A stretch of DNA of 64,000 nt. It comes from Tubulanus polymorphus. Its lineage: Eukaryota; Animalia; Nemertea. The notes beneath the pieces are model-generated. The model had not been told where the DNA came from, did not search any database, and was given only the letters and a program-made list of their open reading frames with translations. Positions 27,453 to 41,113 of this stretch are shown here, piece by piece (the first letter of the stretch is position 1; every line of letters starts with the position of its first letter). The position numbers and the translations under genes are program-made. Location of the stretch: contig NC_134036.1 of NCBI RefSeq assembly GCF_964204645.1, positions 1,922,001 through 1,986,000 of the forward strand, written 5' to 3'.

Positions 27453-28061
27453 TTCCATGGACCTCGAAGTCGGAATGGGGATTATGGTGGTCAGTACTGT
27501 GGTTCATCAAGACAAAGAGCATGTCCCAATTTAGGACATAATCTTGCATTTTCCACTTATACAAACATTTACAACACAATCAAAGCCTATTTCACTCATC
27601 AATTAGTGCATAGCTTCGGGCTGGGCATTTGCTCGTCAAGATTACAAGATTTCAGATTTTCACAAAGACACATCGTTAGCTTGTGCTCATCTACTCGCCC
27701 TACACAGGCGAGCCGGAATCCATCAGATCCACTCAGAACAAATTCAATATTCATGAGTTGTTTAAATCGGGCAACAATGGAGACCGATGTGATTTGATTT
27801 ACGCCGCGGGAAAGTGGTAGAATTTTCCGAGCGATTTGAATGCGTGGAATAGTTCCTAATCCACGAACAATGCCGAACAATACCGAAGTACGCTGGGCAA
27901 GATGATCTTGTCGCTTCGTAACGACATCCGGTATGCTCCGGGAGCACTTTTGAGATTCTCTCCTTTGGTATAATGATTACCCATGTCTGTTCTATCTATT
28001 TTCGTCCGCCTGCTCTGTGTTCGATCATATGTGTGGAAATGTTATTGCATTGATCAATTTG

Positions 28062-28425
28062 ACCACCACAACACAGCACCACAGCACCACAGCACCACAA
28101 CTCTGTGCACTAGGCTACTGTCGTTAAGTTGGTTTGCTTAAATGTAGTCCTGGGCCCGGTTAGGTTGAGACCTTCAGTCCAATTTGGCCAACACAACACA
28201 GCACCACAGCACCACCACTCTGTGCACTAGGCTACTGTCGTGAAGTTGGTTTGCTTAAATGTAGGCCTGGTCCCGGTTTGGTTGAGACCTTCAGTCCAAT
28301 TTGGCCACCACAACACAGCACCACAGCACCACAGCACCACCACTCTGTGCACTAGGCTACTGTCGTGAAGTTGGTTTGCTTAAATGTAGGCCTGGTCCCG
28401 GTTTGGTTGAGACCTTTAGTCCAAA
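28062..28425. repeat. ~125-bp tandem repeat x3 containing (CACCACAG)n
   Basis: CTCTGTGCACTAGGCTACTGTCGTKAAGTTGGTTTGCTTAAATGTAG...GTTGAGACCTTYAGTCCAA occurs three times. Confidence 0.93.
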
Positions 28426-30264
28426 ATTGGTCTTGAATCTTACGACTAGTCTAAAGCTGTAAGATTGGCTATATAACTACGGGGTCGGTCCCATAGTCAT
28501 GGGTTAGACTCAAGACCAGCCTAAAACCTTGGGTCTGTAAACAATCTTACAACTTAAGACCAGTCTTAAGATCAAAGATCAATTTTGAACTTAAATCTCA
28601 ACTAGATGGAACCGGCCCAAGAAGTCTAAGGCGGCTCTTAAGTCTAAGACATGACTAACCGGCCTTAGGTACTATAACCGCCACCTCATAAAACAACGTT
28701 TATCGTCGATGTTGGCCCCGAAGTCATTTAATAACAATAGTCATTTACATATTGCTTCGTCGTGATGGAGATACAGAGAAGACGCCGCGAACCGTTCAGG
28801 CGTGAGCTCATCTGCCTTTGACAGATGGGAATTAATCCCACCATCAAAGCGATGCCTGTCAAAACAGCCCCTGGCACTCGACTAATATCGCCGAATTCTT
28901 CCACGAGACTTGCGATTTTGTGAGGCTTCCACGAGATTCGTAATGACCGGGACATCTTTATTGGTTCCATATTTTTTTCCGTACGTTGATGCTGACTCGT
29001 CTCAGCTTTACGCGTCTCTGGAAACGTCTTCTTTGTTCGCTGCTGTAAGTGCAACGTAAAGCCGCCTTCTCCGGGCGCAGTTTCGCGAAGAAGTTTTAAG
29101 TTGAAAATGGTAAAGTTTTTTTGAAGTAACTTCTAGAACTTGATAAATAATGACGAAGGCATGAATTAATGTGATACTCTATAATATTGGTAATTTTACG
29201 GCAGACATCTTTACTTGGGACAATCTAGCAATGCAGATGGATACATAATAAGCATACTTTATTTCCAAGCCCGAGGGCTGTACCAGAAGAGGGAAGATGC
29301 CCTATAAATGTGTAATAATGATATTGATTATGATAACAATAATACCGATAACGATAAATGATAATTATAATAAGGCAGTGACCCCTAGTGAGAGGTCGCT
29401 TTATCGATTTGACATTGAAGAAGAAGGTGGTGGCAATCATTTTTTTCCTGGAAAGGTGGTAAGAATACTAGAAATAATACCAAGAATATTATCATTAATA
29501 TCATCATCAGTATTATTAGGATTGTAGTGATATATTGTTGATAATGTTGATGATACCACGAGGCGGTCACCAGTTCTGGAAGGTCGCCGGCTATATCGAC
29601 GAAGGGAATCATCATTTTTCGATACGTCGAAAAAATGGCCGCCAGTATATCTCTGGATATAGAAGATTGTATTCTGTTCGCAAGACTTTAGTCTATAAAC
29701 ATGTGTGATATATCAGCAATTAAGTCGCCAAGGCGTCTAATATTCTACTATTTACCCAACTCTTGACGCGGCGTAAAATACAGATTGGTTCTTTGCGACG
29801 GACACGTGTCGAGCACGGCGTGACTAACCCCCGTCCACTACTTGACGTCTCCCATCTCTCGAGAATACTACAATCTATTCTCCGCTTTTTCTCGAGTAAA
29901 CACGGTTATATCTATATACCACTCGAGGACCAATGCGCACGTGTCGCAACACGAGTGTCGAAGTGGGTTAGTCCGAATCGAATTCTTGTGATTTTTGACC
30001 CGGAGACAATGAACACGAATTGTTGTTCTTTCTGTTATGTGGATAGCAACGGCATAAATTTCGTTTAGGGCACGAGCGAGCTTTCTAAGGGAAAATCTTT
30101 CTTTCAAGTCGGTTTTGCAGTTTAATGATGAGAAGAAACTTTTTATGAATAAGTGCCGAAGGGGAAAAATGGATCACATCAGCGACTTAATCTTGTAACT
30201 GTACTTTTACATCGATGTCCACGTGTTATTCGGTTTCTTTACTTATAAGGTCTTGTCAGTCCAT

Positions 30265-30655
30265 AAGGTCTTAGGTTGTTAGATTGGCTATCAAACCAAG
30301 ATGTGCTTAGACTGGTCTTAAGTTATAAGATTGGCTATTCAACTAAGATAGATCTAGACTGGTCTCAATTTGTTAGTTTGGTTATAGAATCAAAATGAGC
30401 TTAGAACAGCCTTAAGTCGTTAGATTGGTTATATAACCAAATGAGCTTAGACTGGTCTTAAGTTATTAGATTGGTTATAGAACCAAAATGAGCTTAGAAT
30501 AGCCTTAAGTTGTAAGATTGGCTATAGAACCATAATGAGCTTGGATCGGTCTTAAGTTGTAAGATTGGCTATAGAACCAGAATGAGCTTAGACTGGTCTT
30601 AACTTGTAAGATTGGCTTTAGAACTAAGATGAGCTTAGACTAGTCTTAAGTTATC
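30265..30655. repeat. ~45-bp tandem repeat x8-9
   Basis: GGTCTTAAGTTGTAAGATTGGCTATAGAACCAAAATGAGCTTAGACT-like units; related fragments at ~20620-20690 and 28425-28660. Confidence 0.9.
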
Positions 30656-32073
30656 GGAATGTCTGTACAACTGACCCTCAGGCCATCGACGTTCGTTACT
30701 GTGCAAACAAAAGTAAATTAACGATTTGGTATTCTCGATTGGGATTCTGATACGGACGGGAAATTGATGCGGCCAATGCGAATAGCACGTAATCCTGGAC
30801 ACCTGTCATTGGCATCTAAATTACCCAACTGACCACTCAGTGCACATCGTGATTTGACAGATGCGCTGCTTGTTAACTCACAAACACATCGCCGTAATCG
30901 AAACGCTGGAAGCCACTCGATAAAATCCCGGAGGTGATTGCGCCAATTGTATCTGAATTATGACAGATAATGGACGTAGCCATCTGGCCAAATTCCGGAC
31001 CAATCGACCAATAATAAACATTAACCCACAACGCACTGCTTCTCGAGTATTGCAGACGACACTTGAAAATCAGATTGAGAAGACGGCAGGGGTACTGCGT
31101 TTGGAGGATCATCTTAGCAAGACAATGTGTCTAATAAGGGTTTGGACTGACATGGTTGGGCAGACAGCAGGGATATTGCGTTGGGGTCTCTACTTGCACA
31201 GTGTGTCTGTCTCCTTCGATTGAGAAGACTGCATTGGACATTCGTGTAATCATTTGTCAGATACTTCAAGCTTGGAGAGACAGCAGGAATATTGCGTTAG
31301 TTATCTCTCCTCTGACAAAATGTGTCTAATTTCGTCAGAAACTCAACTAATCGATTCACACACGTCTCTTCAAATCGAGACGACATTAGACTCTTCTTGT
31401 CGTGAACGTCCTTGCAGTAATAATAACACTGAATGATTACTTCAAGCTTGGGCTGACAGCATTCGGGAATCGCTTTTTACGCCAAGTGTTTTATCTCTTC
31501 TAAAACTTTTGTTTGTCCCTGCGTTGTAACAGAAGGCCTCTTCTGTCGTTGCGCAGACAATGTATTGCTTCTTATTTTTTGGCGCTTCTCATTTTTTTTT
31601 AAATTCAGATTCTCGTACATTTACTGAACAAAACTAATTTGTATTTGACTAGTAGGCTGATGTGAACTCGGTTTTCGAAGTTCAAATATTCCCAAAAAAG
31701 ATTTAGTCAAACAAAATGCATTTATCAATCGATTTGTGGTTTGTTTATCAGAAAGCTTACTGTATTTCGATTAATACTTTGTGTTGAAATTAATTTATCA
31801 AGAAGATGAATGAATGATACATCTCCCCTCTTAAAGAACTTCATATCAGCCTCAATTTTATGATGCTATATGGAGACTTTTGAAGCGGACATTTTTTCAA
31901 GTCCACATCAATTTGATGATGTTTGTGTTGATGCCAGTAGGGTCTAAAAAGTCTCTCTTCTCTGCGGGTAGTTTAGCAGGCTTCCTTTGATGAAACACTC
32001 CGAGTTCGTGCTGTACAGATTACCTCCCACACAATAAGAACAAACAGAGCCCGAAAACTTTTTGAGAACTTTT

Positions 32074-32810
32074 TTATTCAACGTTTCGACTATATCCTAA
32101 TAGTCATCTTCAGGAATACTGTATTCCTTGAGCTAGTGTAGTCTATTCAACGATTAGACCATATCCTAATAGTAATCTTCAGGAATACTGTATTCCTTGA
32201 GCTAGTGTAGTTTATTCGACGTTTCGACTATATCCTAATAGTCATCTTCAGGAATACTGTATTCCTTGAGTTAGTGTAGTTTATTCAACGTTTCGACTTT
32301 ATCCTAATAGTCATCTTCAGGAATACTGTATTCCTTGAGCTAGTGTAGTTTATTCAACGTTTCGACTTTATCCTAATAGTCATCTTCAGGAATACTGTAT
32401 TCCTTGAGCTAGTGTAGTTTATTCAACGTTACGACTTTATCCTAATAGTCATCTTCAGGAATACTGTATTCCTTGAGCTAGTGTAGTTTATTCAACGTTT
32501 CGACTTTATCCTAATATCATCTTCAGGAATACTGTATACCTTGAGCTAGTGTAGTTTATTCAACGTTTCGACTATATCCTAATAGTCATCTTCAGGAATA
32601 CTGTATTCCTTGAGCTAGTGTAGTTTATTCAACGTTTCGACTTTATCCTAATAGTCATCTTCAGGAATACTGTATTCCTTGAGCTAGTGTAGCTTATTCA
32701 ACGTTTCGACTTTATCCTAATAGTCATCTTCAGGAATACTGTATTCATTGAGCTAGTGTAGTTTATTCAACGTTTTGACTTTGTCCTTATACAGGTAATC
32801 ATATTCAGGA
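32074..32810 (-). ncRNA. Tandem array of 69-bp units, each a minimal type I hammerhead ribozyme motif (10 full units plus 1 partial)
   Basis: Minus-strand unit reads TATTC-CTGAAGA-T-GACTAT-TAGGAT-AWAGTC-GAA-ACGT-Y-GAATA-AA: helix I, conserved core, helix II and palindromic helix III. About 7 units have intact cores. Confidence 0.8.
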
Positions 32811-35210
32811 ATGTGTTCACAAAAGTAGCGAAAAAAAAAAACAATTCTGCTCATAGACGAATATCAAAGTTACAGCGAAAAAATGATGTTCTGCTTCAAT
32901 TGCAGGTTTGCACTATTACGGTGCGCATATGCACTACCAGATTACCCAATTTTCATCTTTCAATCTTAAATTTGACATCCCTGCACACTCCTTGAGCAAG
33001 TTTATTCAAAGTTTCCGGAATTCGACTATCCTGATAACCATCTACAGGAATACTGGATCTGTCTCCCCGTCCCCCAGGAAACACATGTACACGTATCTGT
33101 AGCCACTTATATAGACATCTTCGCAATGTGCGAATAATCAGCGGAATGGACATAAAAAAATATACCCGTTAGTGATACCATCACGTTTTTTACCAACAGC
33201 ACGAGTCTTACACAGACAGAGAGAGAGAAAGACAAGGAAAGAGGGAGATAGAGAGAGAGTGGAGAGAGTGGAGAGAGTTTGTATCGTTCTCGTGTTTGAG
33301 TGGTCGCGGCTACACGAGTACGTGACCAGAATAGAATCATTTATTGGCTTAATCTAGAACCCGGTAATTGTAGTGTGAAGGCATCATTTTTCTGTAGCCC
33401 TTCCATACACGGTTAACACTTTTTTATTCTTTATCTGTAGCTGGTTAGTCATACCACGTTTAGGTAAATAGCTCGGACGTTTTGTCCAGATAGAAATTCA
33501 GTATATTTCCTTTGTTCGCCTGTTCATTAAGGACAGATACAAAGCCGAAAAGTTCAATTATTGTTTTTCAAGCTTCTTAACCATTTAGTGAATGAGACAA
33601 GAGACTCAACAAATTAATTAATACATGAAATTTGGTACTATGGCTAAAATGATATCTTGTTTATCCGAATCATTTTCTTAAACTGCAATAAAATTTGTAA
33701 TCAGTTCATTTCTATAATTGTCGGGTCTGTTATTGTTAGATTGATCATGATTTCTTAACAAGAAAGGTAATATACATGGTAGATAAGCGGCCGGTCGGGT
33801 CAACTTTTAAGCTCAGCAGAAATTTCATTAATTTCAAAGCCGCTCATTCAGTAGGATCAGCACAGATTTAGTTTGTATGACGAGGCTTTTGATGAATGCA
33901 GTTTGATAGAATATGAGGTATTCTGAAACCTGTCCTGGAACAAAGTCCTACTTCGTCTGGTATGAGCAGCCGTTCAAGTTCTCAGTAATTCTGTCAAGTT
34001 TTTCTGTGTCGGGTTGCATTTTCATGAGGGGGCTCTAGTAAGAGCGAGTTAGGATCAGCTTCGATAAGATCCCGAATTAGGACGGAGAAGATCCATGTTT
34101 TGAAAATCCGTTTTATAGAATATAGATCTGATTATTTCAGAGTAGTTTCTACTCCTTTTAAGAACTTCTACCAAAATATCAAAATACTCAATAATATAGA
34201 ATAATTTCTAGTTCATTTTCAACGAAACTACTATGTTTTGAAACTCAGGCATCAGGTATCAGGTAGTCTAGACTGGATGTCTTTATTCCCAAGGTTGGAG
34301 TGACCCCCTGCCTACGGAATTTAACCAGCTGCGCCGTTAGTGAACACGCACCGTTTGAGATGCGAGCTTTATTAACTGCGCTTTAGGCTTGAATCGATTA
34401 AAAAACCCATCTCTCGAGTGGTGCTTCTCTTCTAGTTAAAGTGTCGTCTGTGTTTGTTCGAGACAGAGGTCAAAAAGGTCACATTGGATTTCGTTTATTT
34501 GCATAAAAGCGAGCTAAGAAAAATCGGCAATGTGGCTAAAGCAGCGGTAATAATTTACAGATTGAATTTATTTTGTTTGGATACCATGTTTTTGACGAAA
34601 TTGAAGTAAATTCGTAATCAATAAGCCACCCCGAGAAAGGACCAATCGTGAAATATGGATTGATTTCCAAGGCTACTTTGGACGCTTATCTTAAAATATT
34701 TTCACATTTACCCCCCTTGTGGGGAGCCCAAAAATAATAAAATAATAATAATAATCAAGCTAGCCGATCGTTGTTGTCGTGAAGATTTAAACCACAAACA
34801 ATCAGATTATTTTTACGGTGTTTCTTGCAAATGCTCGCAAATATTTGATTTAAACCATCTCACAGATAAAATCGATACGATGACGTCACCGATACTGGGG
34901 TGTTTCTATTTTTTAATGTAATTTCCCGATATTTAGATCATGCGCATTCCTATTGCAGTATGATACGTTCCTGGAATCGGGTTAGTTCCTTCGTCCACCG
35001 ATAGACGGCTCTGTCTGTATGAATTGTCGCCTTGTCGAGCTCCTGCTGGATTTTGCTCCCTAAAATGTCATTTTCTTTCTCACATATTATTTCTTTAGTA
35101 GAACGATTAACAATTCCTAAACTTGTTATATTATATCATTATATCATTTATGATAATTCTTGATATAAATTATATATATTATTATATCATAATATATTGT
35201 ATATGATACC

Positions 35211-35320
35211 GGATCCAGTTCCACAGTTATGAGTTAGAGTTAACTCTGAGTTAGATTTAGTTCATTTTCAATGAGTTAACTCAGAGTCAATTCTTTACTC
35301 GCAATTGCGAAACTGAACCC
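35211..35320. mobile_element. MITE-like palindromic element (CCAGTTCCACAGTT family)
   Basis: Starts GGATCCAGTTCCACAGTT, ends AATTGCGAAACTGAACCC. Inverted homolog at 50949-51056; partial copies near 2700, 48110 and 55890. Confidence 0.65.
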
Positions 35321-35727
35321 TGAATTGCTAGTCAAAGTAACTAGAAATATACTATTAAACAATTATGTTTAATATATAATGGCTTTCTGTTTGTCCCCAA
35401 TAATAGATTTTATTTTTGTTTTGATTGTAGATATTTTTAAAGTTATAATTATCATGCATACCGTAGTAATACTAGCTAAATGAGATTAAATAAAATAAAC
35501 TTTGAAATTTCAAAATGGCGGCAGTAAATTTCAAATAAATTTCGATTAATCTCATAAGAACGCATGCTTTAAGAATGAACAAACGAAACGAAACGAAACG
35601 AAACGAAACAAAAATAAAATTGAGAAGGCTTTCTTATGAGGGCCAAGCAAAAGCCAGAAATAGAAGAGAGACAACAAGAGAAGAGTCTCCGTATCTTTGC
35701 GCGTCTATCAACCACGGTGAATTGCTT

Positions 35728-36645
35728 TTAGAGAGAGGGAGAGATTGATAGATAGAGGGGGGTTCAGCCTCAGTCGCTACAGGGCTCATTGTAAATTAGA
35801 GAGAGGGAGAGATAGATAGGGGGGGGGTTCAGCCTCAGTCGCTACCGGGCTCATTGTAAATTGGAGAGAGGGAGAGATAGATAGAGGGGGGGGGGGGTTC
35901 AGCCTCAGTCGCTACAGGGCTCATTGTAAATTAGAGAGAGGGAGAGATAGATAGGGGGGGGGGTTGAGCCTCAGTCGCTACAGGGCTCATTGTAAATTAG
36001 AGAGAGGGAGAGATAGATAGGGGGGGGTTGAGCCTCAGTCGCTACCGGGCTCATTGTAAATTGGAGAGAGGGAGAGATAGATAGAGGGGGGGGTTCAGCC
36101 TCAGTCGCTACAGGGCTCATTGTAAATTAGAGAGAGGGAGAGATAGATAGGGGGGGGGGGGGTTGAGCCTCAGTCGCTACAGGGCTCATTGTAAATTAGA
36201 GAGAGGGAGAGATAGATAGGGGGGGGGGGGTTGAGCCTCAGTCGCTACAGGGCTCATTGTAAATTAGAGAGAGGGAGAGAGATAGATAGAGGGGGGGGGG
36301 TTCAGCCTCAGTCGCTACAGGGCTCATTGTAAATTAGAGAGAGGGAGAGAGATAGATAGAGGGGGGGGGGGGTTCAGCCTCAGTCGCTACAGGGCTCATT
36401 GTAAATTAGAGAGAGGGAGAGAGATAGATAGAGGGGGGGGGTTCAGCCTCAGTCGCTACAGGGCTCATTGTAAATTAGAGAGAGGGAGAGAGATAGATAG
36501 AGGGGGGGGGGTTCAGCCTCAGTCGCTACAGGGCTCATTGTAAATTAGAGAGAGGGAGAGAGATAGATAGAGGGGGGGGGTTCAGCCTCAGTCGCTACAG
36601 GGTTCATTGTAAATTAGAGAGAGGGAGAGATAGATAGATAGAGGG
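35728..36645. repeat. ~62-bp minisatellite x14 with variable poly-G runs
   Basis: TTSAGCCTCAGTCGCTACAGGGCTCATTGTAAATTAGAGAGAGGGAGAGATAGATAG(G)n repeated. Confidence 0.97.
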
Positions 36646-37004
36646 GGAGCAGACAAGACAATTATTATCACATAGTCTGCTGGTTTCCTGTAAGTGTATT
36701 TCCTTGTTCTGAAGCTCTTTAAGTATCTTGTTCTCGTCTGGTGTGTCTTGTCATCTCGTCTGCGCCGTTGCCCACTCCTTGTCTGACACACAAATTCGCT
36801 ATCTCGCTGTATATATAGATATTAGATACTATTGATCGATTGTTACATATTCAAGTCACGCAATACCAGCTATATTTACCAGTAGTCATACACTTCTTAC
36901 TTTTACCACTCCTCCTGTTTTGCCCCTGACTTAAATTTTTGCTACACATATTTTCCTTTTCTTTCATCAATACACTCCCTGCTCTATTTTCTCATCACCT
37001 CTTT

Positions 37005-37490
37005 CCCTCTCCCTCTCCAGCTCTCCCTCTCCGGCTCTCCCTCTCCCTCTCCGGCTCCTCTCCCTCTCCCTCCCTCTTCGGCTCTCCCTCTCCCTCTCCT
37101 GGCTCTCTCTCACCCTCTCCTGGCTGTCCCTCTCCGGCTCTCCCTCTCCCTCTCCTGACTCTCTCTCTCCCTCTCCTGGCTGTCCCTCTCCGGCTGTCCC
37201 TCTCCCTCTCCTGGCTCTCCCTCTCCGGCTCTCCCTCTCCCTCTCCCTCTCTCATCTCCCTCTCCCTCTCCCTCCTGGCTCTCCCTCCTCGGTATCCTTC
37301 ACTCACTCTGCCCAATTATTCTTCTTGTTATCTGCTGTTTGCATTCCATCTCCCCTCTCCTTCAATCTCTCTAATCTCTGTCCCTCTTACTCCCATCTCC
37401 TTTCTTTATCCCTCTTTCTCTGATATCTCTCACTTTCTCTTCTCCCCTCTCTCCCCTCTCCCCTCTCCCCTCTCTCCTCTCCCATCTCTT
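37005..37490. repeat. CT-rich degenerate repeat (CTCTCCCTCTCCYGG)n; inverted counterpart at 38546-38702
   Basis: Pyrimidine tract; 38546-38702 reads (GGAGAGGGAGAGCCA)n. Confidence 0.9.
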
Positions 37491-40390
37491 CTCTTGTTTA
37501 TCATCTCCAGCTACAATCCAAAACTCTGGGGACAAACTTTCGCTCCTCGATTCACGATAAACAAATCGAATGACGAATTATGCAAATGAGTCGTGACGCA
37601 CGCCGTTGACGATGACGACGGATTATGCAAATGAGGCGGCCGGTCAGGCGATTACAGGGTTTTATGGGATAAAAGCCGTTTATCATACGAAAGTTACTCG
37701 GGTTTTAAAACCAAGTCATGTTTAAACTGTAGGTATATACCGCTTCGCATAGGGATCTATTTAGCAGGAGCATAATCCGATTTATAAGTTCATGGTTTGA
37801 TCTATTATTATTGGTGGGAGATTAAGAACTTTGAGATCCTCCGTAATGGATCGGTGAGAGATGACAATTTTTCATCGCCAACCGTCGATTGAGTATGCAT
37901 TTCAGGGATCATATCTCAGCCTATTCAAGTTTGGACCCGGTTAAACAGGAACAAACGACACAATTGGTTATGCGGACCATAAAAGAAGCCAAAGCCTGGT
38001 CTTAATTTAGTTGATCGGCAGATTGAACCAAGCTGCTTTTGGGCTTGTCCATGATAATGCTCTTAACTTTTGATAATGCGTGCAATCTTGTTCGTGGATA
38101 CCATACTTAAATCTATGCTTTCACCGTGCATCTTTTAATCATGGTCTTAACTTTGATACCTTAGCAATGTTTGACTTATAGTCTTAACTTTAAAACGGTT
38201 TGCAATTTTGTTCTTGGACCGGTCTTAAATTAAAACTCATGGTCTTAACTTAAATACTGCACGCAATCTTGATCTTTGACCGGACTGGAATCAAAATTTT
38301 GACCGCGCAATTTTGACTAATGGTTTCAACTAAAGTACCGAATGCTGTCTTGGACTTTAGCCATTTTCAAATCAAATCTTTGACTCATGGACTCTCTTAA
38401 CTTATATACTTCGTTCGGTCTTGGTTCCTTTTTGCTATAGCCTGCTTGGTTTGTGCATTCAACATATCTGCTGCACAAGTCAATATTGAGACTATGCGAA
38501 ATTGCCGCAGGCAGGCTTCTTCTTTTTCTGCGATACATTTAGACAGGGAGAGAGAGAGGGAGAGGGAGAGGGAGAGGGAGAGCTAGGAGAGGGAGAGAGA
38601 GAGCCAGGAGAGGGAGAGCCAGGAGAGGGAGAGGGAGAGCCAGGAGAGGGAGAGCCAGGAGAGGGAGAGCCAGGAGAGGGAGAGCCAGGAGAGGGAGAGA
38701 GCAGTCGAGATTGTGTCGCCTGCTCTCTTGATGAATCTTATGAATAACTTAATTTCGTCATTTCGTCGATAACTCTTGATCTCAATAACAAACGCGCCGT
38801 TACAGTATCAATCTTCCCCAGGATAAAGCACCACAGGCAAACATCCCGTGGGAAGCGAGTTTATAACAGGACACGTGACAATATATCGCGTCGCTCGCCT
38901 AATATTCACGGCGTATATACATATACCACGTGACTGGTGTAATTGAAAAAGTCGTCTGCGTAAATGTCCACGAGTAAAAATTCGATAATGAAAGTAAAAG
39001 TGTAAATATTTGAGGATCGGGTTCGAGTCCCTAATTTCCCGAGTGACGAACGCGCGCGCAAACTTTATACTGTTCTAATTTCCATATTTTCCTAAGAGTC
39101 CCCCGGATTGAATTTATTGAATATGAAATAATGAAATCTAGGATTCCAAAAGATGCTGGGAGTATTCCTAATCATACATATAGCCCCATATAGAAAATCT
39201 ATTGAAGCCCCATGTGACGTTACTTTCAAATAATTTTCCCTCCCTCACAGCTATGGTAGCAGCACCCTAGTGGCGTTACCTTCTAATAACTTCCCACTTC
39301 TCTAACAGCAAACCCGAGCTCGTTGTGACAAAAAAGGAAATACCTAACATAAACCACATTCTGGTTTGAACTAATCGCTAACTAAAGGACATTCTGGCTT
39401 AACATAGAAAACGGCTTCTTAAGCACAACAACCAATCATCTACAGCCCCTGAATTCATTAAACAATTTGTTTATCCGGTTTTGCTCCGACGCTTCTGTGA
39501 TTGATTTCGTCAGTTTTCTGAGAAGTCGTCTGCTCGATTCGTCTGCTGCTGCTGCTTCACGGCTCTCCGATTTTCTCTGGCACGATGCCAAGATCGAGAA
39601 TGTTAACCGTGCTCTCATCAATTCTCGCGGTGACATGTGAAATCTCGCGGGATGCTGGTGAATTATGCATGAGATACTGGAACGAGAGAGGCACGGACTA
39701 ACACTCTCGCAGATACGCGGCGGTTGCGACTGTAAAACTCAATTATGGCCGGGCAGAATATAAATGAGTATTTTATGCTGGACGGAGCCAAGAGGGGCTA
39801 CTCTTAAAGAGTAGATAGCTTTTTTAGAAATGGCTACTTCTGGAAAGTATCGAACACTATTAGATTAAGTGACCCAGGTGGTATTGAGATTGGCTTTTTG
39901 ATTTACGTTTATTTTCAAGAGTCCCTTGATCGTGTTTTAGGAAATTAACAGGAACATTAACCTCCCCTTGACAAACTCCCAGATTCGAGAGAAAATATAA
40001 GGAGCATTAACCGCCCCTTGACAAACCCCAGATTCGATTGCCTTTGTGAGATCGATGAAAATTCTCCTTTAAAAAAGCTATATTAGAAAGACTGAATTAC
40101 CATCAACCACTTTAGTCCAGAACGTTTTAGGACCACTTACCTTCCCTTGACATATCCCAGATGTAAAATTGCCTTTTTGAGATCGACGACAAAAGCACTT
40201 TGTTAAACGACTGAAATAGGACGAAATCACCACGAAACAAAAGCTATTTTCCACCGCGTTTCACTTGTAATTAAGCTTAATTAGGGTTTTAGATGCACCG
40301 ATGGAGCGGGAAGAGTGGTTTCGTTTCGCCGAGTTTTGTTTTATAGCGTCCGTTAAGCTGCCAGCGTCGGTTAACGTCAAATAATCGACC

Positions 40391-40392
<2 letters not shown>

Positions 40393-40439
<47 letters not shown>

Positions 40440-40445
40440 ATGCAG
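40393..40445. repeat. (CTG)n(ATG)n compound microsatellite
   Basis: Direct reading. Confidence 0.95.
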
Positions 40446-41113
40446 CATTAAACTGTTAAGTGGTCGTTCTCGTATTTTTTTACATCGACTCGTGGAGAGA
40501 TGATGGAAATTGCGTTCGGAGTAATTGATCCGAATTGAGTCTATCGCTGTAATTGAGGCTGAGCTGAGTCCGGTGCGGCATTAAAAAATGCCACACTCCG
40601 TTTTGAGACGTAGAGATATGGGGGAGGAGAGGAGAGAAGAGAGAAGGGAGTAGTGAGGGGATAGACGAAAGGAGAGTGGGGATTAAGTGGACAGGGATGC
40701 GAGGCAGATGGAGAGATGGGAGGAGATAGTTTGATCGAAGAGAGGAGGGAAGAAGAAAGAAGAGTTGGGATTGAGGGGTAGAGAGAGGAAAGGGAGATGG
40801 AGTTAGAGTGAGGGAGAGTCAGGAGAGAGAAAGGAGAGGGAGAGAGAGAAGCAGAGGAAGAGGATGTGATGGAGAGAAGGAGAAGAATGAGGAGGATTGA
40901 AGACAGTTGCAATACAAAAAGATATGCTGAATTTTTGGCTTGACAAAGGTCGTAAAAGGGGGTGGCCGGGTTAGAGAGAGTTGGGCAGAGCGATAGCTTG
41001 TGGGATCGGGGACAGACAGCAAGATATTGAGAAATACTAAGATAAGGATCACGATTGATAGAACACTATATCCGTGTTGACGCGATGTAGAGAGAATCCC
41101 ACAATTTCTTTCT

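Noticed and set aside
27599-29615. Several 70-108 aa ORFs (27599, 28728, 29385)
   Set aside because: No homology recognisable by eye and no consistent exon chain.
36939-38747. Long Ser/Pro/Leu and Gly/Glu ORFs, including GEP repeats
   Set aside because: Translations of CT/GA low-complexity tracts, not collagen or real genes.
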